Of a stretch of 64,000 nt of DNA, positions 1-10,023 are shown one piece after another. Numbering within the stretch: position 1 is the first letter of the stretch; each line of letters starts with the position of its first letter. A program made the translations under genes and the position numbers. This DNA comes from Bdellovibrionales bacterium (lineage in GTDB: Bacteria; Bdellovibrionota; Bdellovibrionia; Bdellovibrionales; UBA1609), in the NCBI GenBank assembly GCA_965219095.1, contig CBDCMT010000001.1, forward strand, positions 1,088,001 through 1,152,000, written 5' to 3'. Under the pieces are notes generated by a model that saw only the letters and a program-made list of their open reading frames with translations, made no database searches and had not been told where the DNA came from.

Positions 1-2
1 AT

Positions 3-977
3 AATGCAACAGATCTTTTTAGAGAGTATGCAAAGCAATGTAAGGATAAAAAATGGGTTACTGATATTCTATTTAATCTAATTGTAAAAGACGATTATGG
101 GCTTCGTGAAGAACTAAGCACCAAAGTAGACGAATTTCTACCTGAAAAAGAAATAAGGAGGATTATAGATAGACTTTGGAATCTCCGTAAATCCAATAAA
201 AACAAGGGTTATCCCTATTTTTTGTTAGAACGTATGGCAAAGGCTATAAAAGATCCTTTTCTCTATGAAAAAATAATTGACCTTAGTGGTAAAAAAGATA
301 ATGGTAATAACTTCTTTAAATTAGGAAAGATGTGGCTTTTTTGTGGTGATCCTAATAAAGCTCTCTTTTATTTACAAAAAATAAATAAAGATAATTACTA
401 TGGTTCATCTGGCGATCTTGACGATCTTTTATTAAAAATCTATAGAGAGTTAGGAGATAGGAAGAAACAAAAAGAAATTTCTTGGGAGATTTTCAGGGAC
501 TATCGAATAAAGGAAAAGTTTGATGAGGTTGTAGCTATTGAAGGAAACAGCAAAAGACCAAAGCTTTTAAAAAATGAAGTTGCGCTTATTTTTCGAAATA
601 AGCAGCTAGCAGAAGAAGATGTTAATTTTATGTTGGAGTTAAAACTTATTGATGAGTCTGGTGATTATATTTTCAAGAGAAGACAACATATTGATGGAGA
701 CTATTACCTCGATCTTGTGGAATGGGCTGATATTTTCAATAAAAATAAAAAGCCTCTTATTGCAACAATCATCTATCGTGCTCTATTGGATTCTATTTTA
801 GGTAGGGCAAAATCACGTGCTTATCACCATGGTGTAGATTACCTTCGTTGTCTTGATAGAATTAATAAAGATGTAAAGGATTGGATGGGAGTTCAAACTC
901 ATGATGCTTACTTTTTAGAAATCAAAGAAAATCATGGAAGGAAGTATAGTTTTTGGGAGCAGTATAACGGCAATTAG
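3..977 (+). CDS. DUF6880-like helical protein, 5' end outside the window
   Basis: Frame is open from base 3 (NATDLFREYAKQC...DDYGLR). The C-terminus LLDSIL..AKSRAYHHGVDYL...HGRKYSFW resembles this family (from recall). Confidence 0.6.
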   Translation, partial: NATDLFREYAKQCKDKKWVTDILFNLIVKDDYGLREELSTKVDEFLPEKEIRRIIDRLWNLRKSNKNKGYPYFLLERMAKAIKDPFLYEKIIDLSGKKDNGNNFFKLGKMWLFCGDPNKALFYLQKINKDNYYGSSGDLDDLLLKIYRELGDRKKQKEISWEIFRDYRIKEKFDEVVAIEGNSKRPKLLKNEVALIFRNKQLAEEDVNFMLELKLIDESGDYIFKRRQHIDGDYYLDLVEWADIFNKNKKPLIATIIYRALLDSILGRAKSRAYHHGVDYLRCLDRINKDVKDWMGVQTHDAYFLEIKENHGRKYSFWEQYNGN

Positions 978-1168
978 CCTCACTAACCCAATAGTATCAG
1001 GCGATAAAAATGATATTCAAGGTGGAGAAGGTGGAAATTAAAGATTTTTATAGCATTACTCTGTCCTGAGTTTGTCTTTTGTGATAGTGCGACTATCACA
1101 ACTAATTATTGGATTTTTTGGATATTCATTTTGGAAGTCAGAGGGCACAAAATTATGCAACAAGTCAA

Positions 1169-1510
1169 CTATTTGAGCTTTTTCTTTAGTTTTTTGTATT
1201 TTCTAGCCTTTAGACTTCCTTCGACCAAAATTAACTGATGCTTCCTCAAAAACTCTATATCTCTTTCTATTGTCCTCAGAGTAACTTCTTGCTCTTTAGC
1301 AAATGAAGATACAGAAAACCTTTCACTTTCTATTAATAGTATTATTTTCAATAACTTATAAGCCCTTTTGGGGCCGATCTTTAGTGCTACTCCGACATTT
1401 TCAGCGACATCATCTCTGGAATACTCCCTATTCTCTGCAGGAGCAGAAGAAGAAATGAAGTTCCCTCCAGGGAGAGGATTTCTATAAAAAGTCACTGTCG
1501 TAAAATTGGT
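1169..1510 (-). pseudogene. C-terminal winged-HTH remnant of an AlbA/RecG-C-type ATP-binding regulator, truncated by IS66
   Basis: HTH-like SFAKEQEVTLRTIERDIEFLRK. The annotated start lies inside the IS66 end at 1511. Confidence 0.45.
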
Positions 1511-1727
1511 GTAACTGCTCACTCTCGTAAGTTTTTATTTAAAGCCATAGAGATGGCTTCTAAAGAAGAATACCCTCTATTTCTCATTGTTTTAACATAG
1601 CTGGTAATGCGACAAAAATATTTCGCCATTTCTTCTGTTCTGAAACACCCTGACACTTTCTTTTTCACCTTAGTCATTCTTAGATCTCTTTCAGCTCTGT
1701 TATTAGTAGGATCTACGTTCTTTCTTT
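1511..1727 (-). mobile_element. IS66 3' remnant (transposase C-terminus plus right end)
   Basis: PTNNRAERDLR motif; terminal GAGCAGTTAC; near-identical to the 3' ends of the copies ending at 22477 and 49378. Confidence 0.9.
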
Positions 1728-2107
1728 GTAACTGCTTACCCACATTGTTCAGTTATCCCTAACTTTAGACCTGTTTTAAGATAAAAGTCTTGCTCTTACA
1801 AATTTTCTTTTAAATACTCTTTTAATTAGGTTGCCAGATTCTGAGTTTTTACATTTATCGGAAAGTCTTTGGCTTTATTGATTTTTAACAGGTGATTTTT
1901 TAAATTCTCCTCTTTCTTTTTCAATTTTTTTTATACTTAAGAAAACAATTGCTAATGTTTAATATTATATAAAGGGATTTTTCAAAACAAAAGTCTAGAT
2001 TTATTGAAAAAAATCAAAAAAGGTTTTCTGTTTCTTTCCATGAGTTAGAGTCAGTTGCTAGGCTTTAAGCAAGGTAACTAACTACAAATCAAAACAAAGG
2101 AGATAAA

Positions 2108-3592
2108 ATGAAAATGAAATGGACTTTAAATATAGTAGCTCTATTATTCTTAGGGGGTTTAGGAGTTGAAGCCAAGGAGTATCTTATTAAACTGGATTCT
2201 GAGCAAGTAACAAAGACTCAGTTTCATGTAGCTTTATCTATAGTAAGTTTTTCAAAGATAGAGGCTAGAGATATTAAGTTTAACGGCTGGCATGTAATTG
2301 ATCTAGATGAAAGTTCCCCTCTTTCACATGAAGCCTTAGAAGTTTTAATAGAAGAGGGAGTCCTTCAAGAGAACTTTACTTACCGTTATGCTTTCCAATT
2401 GCCAAAAGTTTCAGAAGATTTTCTTGAGAATCTAGAGCAGATCAGTTCTCAGGGTTTAGACTTATCGTTTAGAGATTTTTTACAAGCTCCTCCAGATAAC
2501 CCTGACTTTCTGAAACCTTCTTCTCAAAATAGGGGTAGGGATCCTCTCTTTAATAAGCAATGGGGTATGAAGAATATAGGCATGGATATTTCTATGGCGA
2601 ATGAAAAGGGAGAAGAGATTGTTGTGGCTGTGATTGATACAGGGGTGGACTACACACACCCCGATTTAGTAGAGAATTTGTGGGTTAATAAAAATGAAAT
2701 TCCTAACAATAACATTGATGATGATGAAAATGGTTATGTGGATGACATTTATGGCTGGGATTTTGTATCCAACGATAACAAGCCTTATGATTTGAAACTC
2801 CCCGATTATCAAATTATTCTTTTGAAAGGAAATCCAGGTCATGGAACTCACTGTGCTGGTAATGTGGCAGCAAGAGGAAACAATAAAGAAGGAATTTTAG
2901 GTGTTGCACCTTATGCAAAAATTATGGCTATAAGATTTTTAGGGGAACGAGGACAAGGTTCATCCGAAGGAGCTGTTAAGTCCATTCGTTATGCTGTAGA
3001 TAATGGAGCTAAAGTTCTTTCTAACTCTTGGGGAGCTCCTGCAAGTAATTGGAGGCAAGATCCTAATGCTGATAGAGCTTTAAAGGAGGTCATAGAGTAT
3101 GCTGAGTCAAAAGGAGTTTTATTTATAGCAGCTGCAGGTAACGGTGACAAACAAGGTAATGGTTATAGTAATGAAGATCAATCTAGAGCTGTTCTTCCTG
3201 CTAGTTATGAGTATGAAAGTATTATTAGTGTGGCGGCTTTAGATATAAACGATGGTTTAAGTAAATTTTCTAACTACGGAGCTACAACTGTTGATATAGG
3301 AGCACCTGGAGTGGATGTTTTTTCAACAGTTGTAACTTTAGCCCCTGTTCGATACAACAATGTAGTTTTAGATTTATCTAGTTTAGGAGGGCCAAAAATC
3401 ACTTGGAGTGGAACCTCTATGGCAACACCCCATGTAGCAGGAGCGGTAGCTCTTTACTGGAGTCAAAACCCTGAAGCTCATTGGAGGCAAGTGAAGAAAG
3501 CTATTCTTGAATCTGTAGTTAAAATAAATGCTTTATCAGGAAAAGTCACATCGAATGGTAAGTTGAATTTAAAACAACTTATGAGAAAATAA
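2108..3592 (+). CDS. Secreted subtilisin-like serine protease (S8)
   Basis: Signal peptide; catalytic motifs VIDTG, HGTHCAG, AAAGN and SGTSMATPHVAG. Confidence 0.95.
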   Translation: MKMKWTLNIVALLFLGGLGVEAKEYLIKLDSEQVTKTQFHVALSIVSFSKIEARDIKFNGWHVIDLDESSPLSHEALEVLIEEGVLQENFTYRYAFQLPKVSEDFLENLEQISSQGLDLSFRDFLQAPPDNPDFLKPSSQNRGRDPLFNKQWGMKNIGMDISMANEKGEEIVVAVIDTGVDYTHPDLVENLWVNKNEIPNNNIDDDENGYVDDIYGWDFVSNDNKPYDLKLPDYQIILLKGNPGHGTHCAGNVAARGNNKEGILGVAPYAKIMAIRFLGERGQGSSEGAVKSIRYAVDNGAKVLSNSWGAPASNWRQDPNADRALKEVIEYAESKGVLFIAAAGNGDKQGNGYSNEDQSRAVLPASYEYESIISVAALDINDGLSKFSNYGATTVDIGAPGVDVFSTVVTLAPVRYNNVVLDLSSLGGPKITWSGTSMATPHVAGAVALYWSQNPEAHWRQVKKAILESVVKINALSGKVTSNGKLNLKQLMRK

Positions 3593-3675
3593 AAAATAGC
3601 AATTGAAGAGGGATCTAAGATAAAGAGTTAAGAAAAGTTAAGAGATGGCATAAGTATTTGAAATTTTAAAAATTT

Positions 3676-3712
3676 AAAAAGAGTTTTCCATAGGAGGGAA
3701 AACTCTTTTTTT
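3676..3712 (+). terminator. Rho-independent terminator of the S8 gene
   Basis: AAAAAGAGTTTTCC-7 nt loop-GGAAAACTCTTTTT followed by T run. Confidence 0.75.
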
Positions 3713-3743
3713 ATGAGAGTATTCGATGTACTTTACTAAATTC

Positions 3744-3791
3744 GCCTCCTCAAAAGAATCTGTGGGTTCCCGGAGGTTCTTTTGAGGAGGC
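3744..3791. repeat. 48-bp ISL3-end-derived fold-back mini-element
   Basis: GCCTCCTCAAAAGAA...TTCTTTTGAGGAGGC, 15-bp perfect arms; identical to 27471-27518. Confidence 0.85.
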
Positions 3792-3855
3792 ATTTTTTTT
3801 AACTCTGAATATCTCATACTCAACCCCTCCTTAGGTATCTTTGAGCCTATTATAA

Positions 3856-5260
3856 TACCATTTCCAAAAATTAATTCGACATTCTTTTAACGCATAGCGT
3901 CCTGGCTTTTTGATCAAACTCTGTTAAATTTTTAGAGTGTCGAAAAAAGATTTAGTTACACAGATTCAAGGGTATAATTTTCTAGCTACTTACAAAGTAG
4001 AAAGAAGTGCCAACATCAAGATAAAACTCCAAGCTTTGCAGCATATGCAAGAAGGAAAATCGATTCAAGAAACAGCAAGTATAGTTTTCTATCACCGTCA
4101 CAGTATCAAATCCTGGTTACAGTCTTTTGTAGACTTTGATTACGAGGGGTTGATAGATCGAGAAGGCAGAGGGCGCAAGCCTCGTTTACCAGTGACAGAA
4201 GAAGAGAACTTCAAAATCAAGTTAGATGAAATTCAAGACACAAGAGAAGGAGGAAGCATAGGAGCAAAGGGAATACAGGAACTTTTAGCAGATGAATTTG
4301 ACTGTTGCTATTCTCTTTCTGGGGTTTATGCTCTTTTAGACCGTCTTAATATTGTATGGATCAGTGGTCGTTCTCTTCATCCTAAAACTTCACAAGAAGC
4401 TATGGAACAGTTTAAGGAACATTTTCCAGAAGAGGTGGAGAAAATAAAGGAAAAGATTCAGACTCATAAAATAGAGATTTGGTGGCAGGATGAATGCAGA
4501 ATAGGCCAGCAAGGTTCTTTAAGCAGGATTTGGGCAAGAAAAGGCACACGACCTAGAGTTGTGAGACAAAGACAATTTTTATCCACTTATATTTTTGGAG
4601 CAGTTTGTCCGGATAAAGATAAAGGCTGTGCTTGGGTTTTACCGGAATGTAATTCAGGGATGATGCAAATTCACTTAGATGAGATATCTAAAAATATTCA
4701 AGAAAACTATCATGGAATTGTTTTAATGGACAGAGCCAGTTGGCATACCACAGAGACTTTGATAGTTCCTAAGAATTTATCCCTGATGCCTTTACCTCCT
4801 TATAGTCCAGAATTAAATCCCATGGAACAAGTCTGGCAACAATTACGAAGGATCAAATTATCGAATGCATGTTTTAAAAACTATGACCATATACTGAATA
4901 CTTGTTGTGAGGCCTGGAATACTTTTTGCGATCAGGAGGGCAGGATTAAAAAATTATGCACTCGATCTTGGGCAAAACAACAAGATGAATCAAGCTTGTA
5001 AATTAATTTGAACCTATAAATTAAATTGCGTAACTGATTTTTTTCATTTTACATCTTAACCTCACTTTTTTACACTTATTTTAACCCATCAATCGATTCA
5101 CACAACAATAGATATACATAAAATAAACATATCTTATGAAAACTCAACCTCCCTTCAAAAAAAACTTTTTTAAAGCCTCCTAATTGAAACTTTTCCTTAA
5201 GTCAATTTTAAAATTTTAAATTTGAACATAAAAATGTCGAATTAATTTCTGTAATTGGTA
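3856..5260 (+). mobile_element. IS630 element type A with intact transposase (CDS 3937-5001)
   Basis: WWQDE, MDRASWH and PYSPELNPMEQVW motifs; IRs TACCATTTCCAAAAATTAATTCGACAT / ATGTCGAATTAATTTCTGTAATTGGTA; TA on the right flank. Confidence 0.93.
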
Positions 5261-5541
5261 TAACACAACTTAATTCACTTGCCAAAGTAGTACTAAGTAT
5301 TTTTGATAATTTTTTACAAATTCTCTTTTTCCAACGAAAAGGGTTTTTTGAAAGTCCTTGCCCTAGAATTTGATCTCGAAATTAGTTCTTCTCTTCTCCA
5401 TCAAAACAAATAAGAATTTTTTGTGAAAAAATTGTAAAAATACACACTCAAATATGAAAAAATTGTTGAACTGGATTCCTCAGTCGTTTAGAGCTTTTAA
5501 AGGCTTTTCTGAAAAAGTATCGCAAAAAAAATGTGCAAAAA

Positions 5542-5562
5542 AGTGTATAAATTTTATACACT
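5542..5562. promoter_or_regulatory. Perfect 10-1-10 palindrome, possible operator
   Basis: AGTGTATAAA-T-TTTATACACT, about 150 bp upstream of the 5711 start. Confidence 0.35.
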
Positions 5563-5710
5563 GACAAAAATTATCACATCTTCTCAAAGTCTTTCTGCTT
5601 CAAGTTGCTGTTATAAATAAAAAAAATAAAAAAATTTCTTGATTTTTTTGCAAACTTAGCTTACTATATTCTAATAAAAGAAGTAAAGATAAGGAAAGGA
5701 GATAAAGAAC

Positions 5711-8300
5711 ATGAAAACAAAAGACATTTTTAAAACTATTTTTCTGCTAGGAGTTCTAACAGTTGTTTTTCCTTCCGTAAGTTCTGCTACAAGAGGAAAA
5801 CCCAAAGCTGACATGAGAAAAAAAGGAATTGATGCAAAAAACATTATCGGCAAGAACGTAAATAGTAAAGTAAGATTAGGAGAACTAGGAAAAATACTAG
5901 AACAGAAGAAAGTTTCTGATGAATCGTTCAATACGCTAAGAGCAGGAGCTGGAAAAGAACTTTTAGAGGCTCTTACAACATCTAATTAAAGCAGATGATG
6001 AAGCTAGTGTTCTGACCAGTAAATTTTTTCACAATTTTCAAGCCTTTAATCCAGGTCATTTTATTAAATTATTTTTATATTAAAAAGAATAAAAGTGAAA
6101 TGTTTAGAGTTATACCAATTCCAAAAGTTAATTCTACATTTTCATGTATAAGTTTGGATTTTTACTTCTAGAAATTTATAACTTTTAAGTATGGGTAAAG
6201 AGTGTATCAAATTCATTGGAAAGATATGATTTTCTAATGTTTATATACAATTTAGTTTACAGGCTCTTACAGGCTCGTCTCATTTTTTATAATGGAACTT
6301 TTCTCTGGCTGATTTTCTTGAAAAATTCCATTTTATTGTCATCTTCCGTCTGTTCATAATATTCACCCAAGCCTTGGTTCTTTTTCTTAAAGTTTCTATG
6401 TCAGGTATTCTTGATTTTCCTAAACATTGACGAGAGTACATATTGATTGCAATTTCTGCTTGATTTAACCAACTTCCATGACTCGGAGTATAATGAACCT
6501 CAAAGCGAGACCATAGATGCAAACCTCGATCTTTTCCATAAAAATCAGTAAGACTTTTTTTTCTATGAGTGTTCAAATTATCCATAACTAGAACAATCTT
6601 CTTGGAATCAGAATAATGTCTCTCAACAGAAGATAAAAACTTAGCAAAATCCGGACCTGTCCTTCTCTCTGTTACCTTATTCATATAAAAACCTCTCTTA
6701 GGCTCCACAGCACAGAAAACATTTGCTGTACCCTCTCTTTTATACTCATAATCTACTTTTTTTACTTCCGAGGGATGACAACCCGATGGAGGACGAACAT
6801 CATCAAGTAACTGAAGAGGCTTTTCATCAATACACACAACAGGCTTTCCTTTAATCGGAGGCTTCTCATACACTTTCAAAACATCCTCCATCCTCTCTAT
6901 AAATTCATCATTAAGCTCTGGTACACACCAACTCTTCTGTTGCCAAGGTTTTAGATCATGTTCTAAAAGAATAATCCTAACTTTTTCTTTGCTAATAGAG
7001 TCTACAATCTTGTTTTTTTCTGCCCTCTCTTTAATGAGCTCTAAAGTCCATCGATCAAAGCCCTCCGGAGGATCTGAGCAGACTATAGCTATAATCTTTG
7101 ACTTTATGCGATCATCAAACTTTGGAGGTTTTCCAGGACGAGGATCATCTTCAAGAGCTTTTTTCAGCCCAGAATTCTCATAGTTTTTTTGGATGTTGAA
7201 AACAGTTCTAGGAGTTATCTCTAAGTAATCTGCTGTCTCTATGGCAGTTAAATTTTTGTTCCTTAAGTTTAGAACATTGGCTCGATATATGGCTCTTGGA
7301 TTTTTAGACTTCTTTATAATTTTAAGAATTTCTCTCTTATCTTTTGGCTTTAATAAATTTAACATATGAGTATTAAAACATAAAAAAAAAAATAAATAAA
7401 ATGACCTGGATTAAAGGCTTGAAAATTGTGAAAAAAATTACTGGTCAGAACACTAGGGATATTCTTAGGACAATTTTTCCAAAAGAGTTGGCTGGATCTT
7501 GGAAACTCCGTTCTACATCAAAACAAATTTTGAGAGGAAGGCTAGGCCTTGGCCTTATAAATGTAAATAATTCTCAATGGCCCGGGCCTGAACCGATACC
7601 GATATCACGTGTAGTGGATGATCTTAAGTCTCTCCTCGATCAAAGAAAGGATACTAATTTTAGAGTTCAAATGGAAGAATTGATAGAAAGAGGAAGTTTT
7701 GATGTTGAGAAATTAACTGAGCAGGACATACAAAGAGATGACATAAGTTTAGCAGAACATCTTAGCCAAAAAGAAAATTCTTTGAAATTTATAAGCTCTT
7801 TAGTTAGCAGCAAAAGCCTTTGCCATTATGTTCATTTTTTTCTCGCAAAAGAAATTTTAATAGACAAATCAATAATGGAGAAGTTCTCCTCGTATTTTGA
7901 TGTTTGGGTTACGAAAGTCCTGATGAGAAGATTAAGATTTAAAGGGTTCTATACTTTTTTCGAAAACCCCATGCTAGACCTCTTGGCAAAAGATTTCGTA
8001 ATTCTAAAACACGCTCTCTTATGGGAAAGTTGGATTAAAGAATTGATAAGAATAAGGAGCTATGATTTTCAACGTACTCTATGGAAGAAAGTTTTGTCAA
8101 GAGAAATGGCAATGAAACATCCTCAGTGGGAAAAGTTAGTTAGAGCTTTAGACGAATCTCTTTTAAAAGACGAATCCATCCAAAAGCTTCTTTTAAAATA
8201 CAAGGCTGCCCAAGTAGCAGCACCAACGAAACAAGAAGAAAAACCTAACACAACTCCATCTTCAGAAAACGACAGCAACTCATGCAAATCATTTTTTTAG
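5711..8300 (+). pseudogene. Signal-peptide protein gene broken by a frameshift (about 5975) and an IS630 insertion (6007-7453)
   Basis: Signal peptide at 5711. Removing the IS joins ...LQHLIKADDEA to RDILRTIF in the 7401-8300 frame. Ends SNSCKSFF. Confidence 0.65.
6007..7453 (-). mobile_element. IS630 element type B with intact transposase (CDS 6280-7365)
   Basis: CIDEK, MDNLNTH and SWLNQAE motifs; IRs of about 55 bp (GTGTTCTGACCAGTAA...); inserted in CTAG with TA duplicated. Confidence 0.93.
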
Positions 8301-8325
8301 CATAACTCAGTCGTTGAGCCACCTA

Positions 8326-9382
8326 TAGTGCTTCTGCTTAGGTTTTCCGTTTTTTTTTTGAGTTGAGGTCTAGTTTTTATTCTAAGGCCTTGATAAAAAG
8401 TCATTTATTTTTAAAAATAGTTTCATATGTCAGGGTTTCTATCAAAAAAAGAGCGAAAAGATTTACTCTATGAACTATCTCTAGAGAAAAATCTTAAATA
8501 CGCAAAAAGGATTATGACAATTCTCCATATAACAAAGACGGGATAGAGTGCTTAATCAACGACAATTACAACCCTAAAAGGTCCTTTTTAACTAAGAAAG
8601 AGGAGAAAATGCTTTTAAAGGAATTAGAGAAAAGAATTTTTCCATCATCACAGGCCCTTATTCAGTTCATTGAGGAGAATTTTGGTGTTACGTACTTTAA
8701 CAAGTGGTGTAATTGATCTTCTCCATCGCCTTGGTTTTTCTTATAAAAAAGCCACAGCGATACCGGGTAAGGCAAAGAGAGAAGAGCAGAAAAAGTTTGT
8801 GCGTAAATACAAGAGAATTAAGAAGAAAGACGGTCCTGTTTACTTTGCTGATTCCACACATCCTGAGTGGGGCCCTACGATTTTATATGGTTGGATAAGA
8901 GAGGGTAAGAAGTTTGAAGTGAAGACCAATTCAGGCTGGAGAAAAAGAGTGAATGTTTGTGGAGCTATTGAGATCAATAGTTTGAAGACGGTAGTCAGGA
9001 GTTATAAGACAGTTAACAAAGTTTTTCTATGTGATATGCTCTATCATATTCATTAAGAAGTATTCCGATGAAAAAGAGATTCATCTTATCTTAGATGGGG
9101 CCGGATACAATAGATCGAAGTCTGTCAAGAAGTTAGCGAAAGAGTTGAATATAAAACTTGTTTACTTCCTCCGTACTCACCGAATTTAAATCCTATAGAA
9201 AGGCTTTGGAAGTTTATGAAAAAAGAGGTCACGGCGAATCGATATTATGAAAACTATGACGATTTCAAGGGAAGTTTAAGTCAATTTTTTAGAGGAATAC
9301 GAAACCACAGGCCTAAATTAGAAACTTTGATAACTGATAACTTCTCCATCTTAGGAAACTGAAAACCTAAACGGAAGCACTA
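8326..9382 (+). mobile_element. IS630 element type C, defective (about 82-bp internal deletion plus frameshifts)
   Basis: IRs TAGTGCTTC...GAAGCACTA with TA flanks; nearly identical to 51449-52586 apart from the deletion near 8529. Confidence 0.9.
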
Positions 9383-9464
9383 TATACTATACAAAGCTAA
9401 TTTGCCTCCTCAAAAGAATCTGTGGGTTCCTAAGGCTCTTATCTTATGTTTTTTTTAAATAATT

Positions 9465-9986
9465 TTAGTTTACAGGATCAAATTTTAAATTTTCACGAAG
9501 TTGTCGTCTTTGTTCATCAATTTCGGCTTGTTTTGTTGTATTGAACTGAACTTTTTTAATAAGGCCACTATTTACTTCTTTGACTTTGAAATAAAGAAAT
9601 TGGTTTTCCTGAGTATGAGAAATAACAGTAATTTCAAAAGATACTTCCTTTAGTTCTCTGAGGATTTGGGGGGTTCTTCCTTGAAGCTCACCCTCTTTGA
9701 GGGTGATTTTTTTAGGCAAGATCCATCGATAAGTATAATCTATAGAACTTAAGAGTTTGTGAGATAAGGTCGCTTTTAAAGTAACCTCTTCTCCTTTAAC
9801 GATGGGGTCTGTTTTTTCATCAGATCTTTTAAGAGAGATTTTTATAGAAGAAGTAGCTTTTCTGTAGTAGTGATGAACATGTGAAATCTCCTCCTGTGGG
9901 GGATGAGAACGAAAACAACCTGCTAAAAGTAAAGAAAAAATAAATACCACTAAGTGATAAAAAAGTGGATCTTTTTTTAAAAACAT
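9465..9986 (-). CDS. Hypothetical lipoprotein
   Basis: Lipobox LLAGC; lies directly downstream of the metalloprotease gene on the same strand. Confidence 0.7.
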   Translation of the reverse strand: MFLKKDPLFYHLVVFIFSLLLAGCFRSHPPQEEISHVHHYYRKATSSIKISLKRSDEKTDPIVKGEEVTLKATLSHKLLSSIDYTYRWILPKKITLKEGELQGRTPQILRELKEVSFEITVISHTQENQFLYFKVKEVNSGLIKKVQFNTTKQAEIDEQRRQLRENLKFDPVN

Positions 9987-10023
9987 AAATTCTCCTTTCC
10001 TAAAAGGGTTTTGATTTTTTTCA

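Noticed and set aside
2108..3592. S8 protease as the IetS partner of the ATPase stub at 52.7 kb
   Set aside because: It is 49 kb away, has a signal peptide and looks like an ordinary secreted subtilase.
3646..3662. Sigma-54 promoter TGGCAT...TTGA
   Set aside because: The -12 element is mis-spaced and lacks GC.
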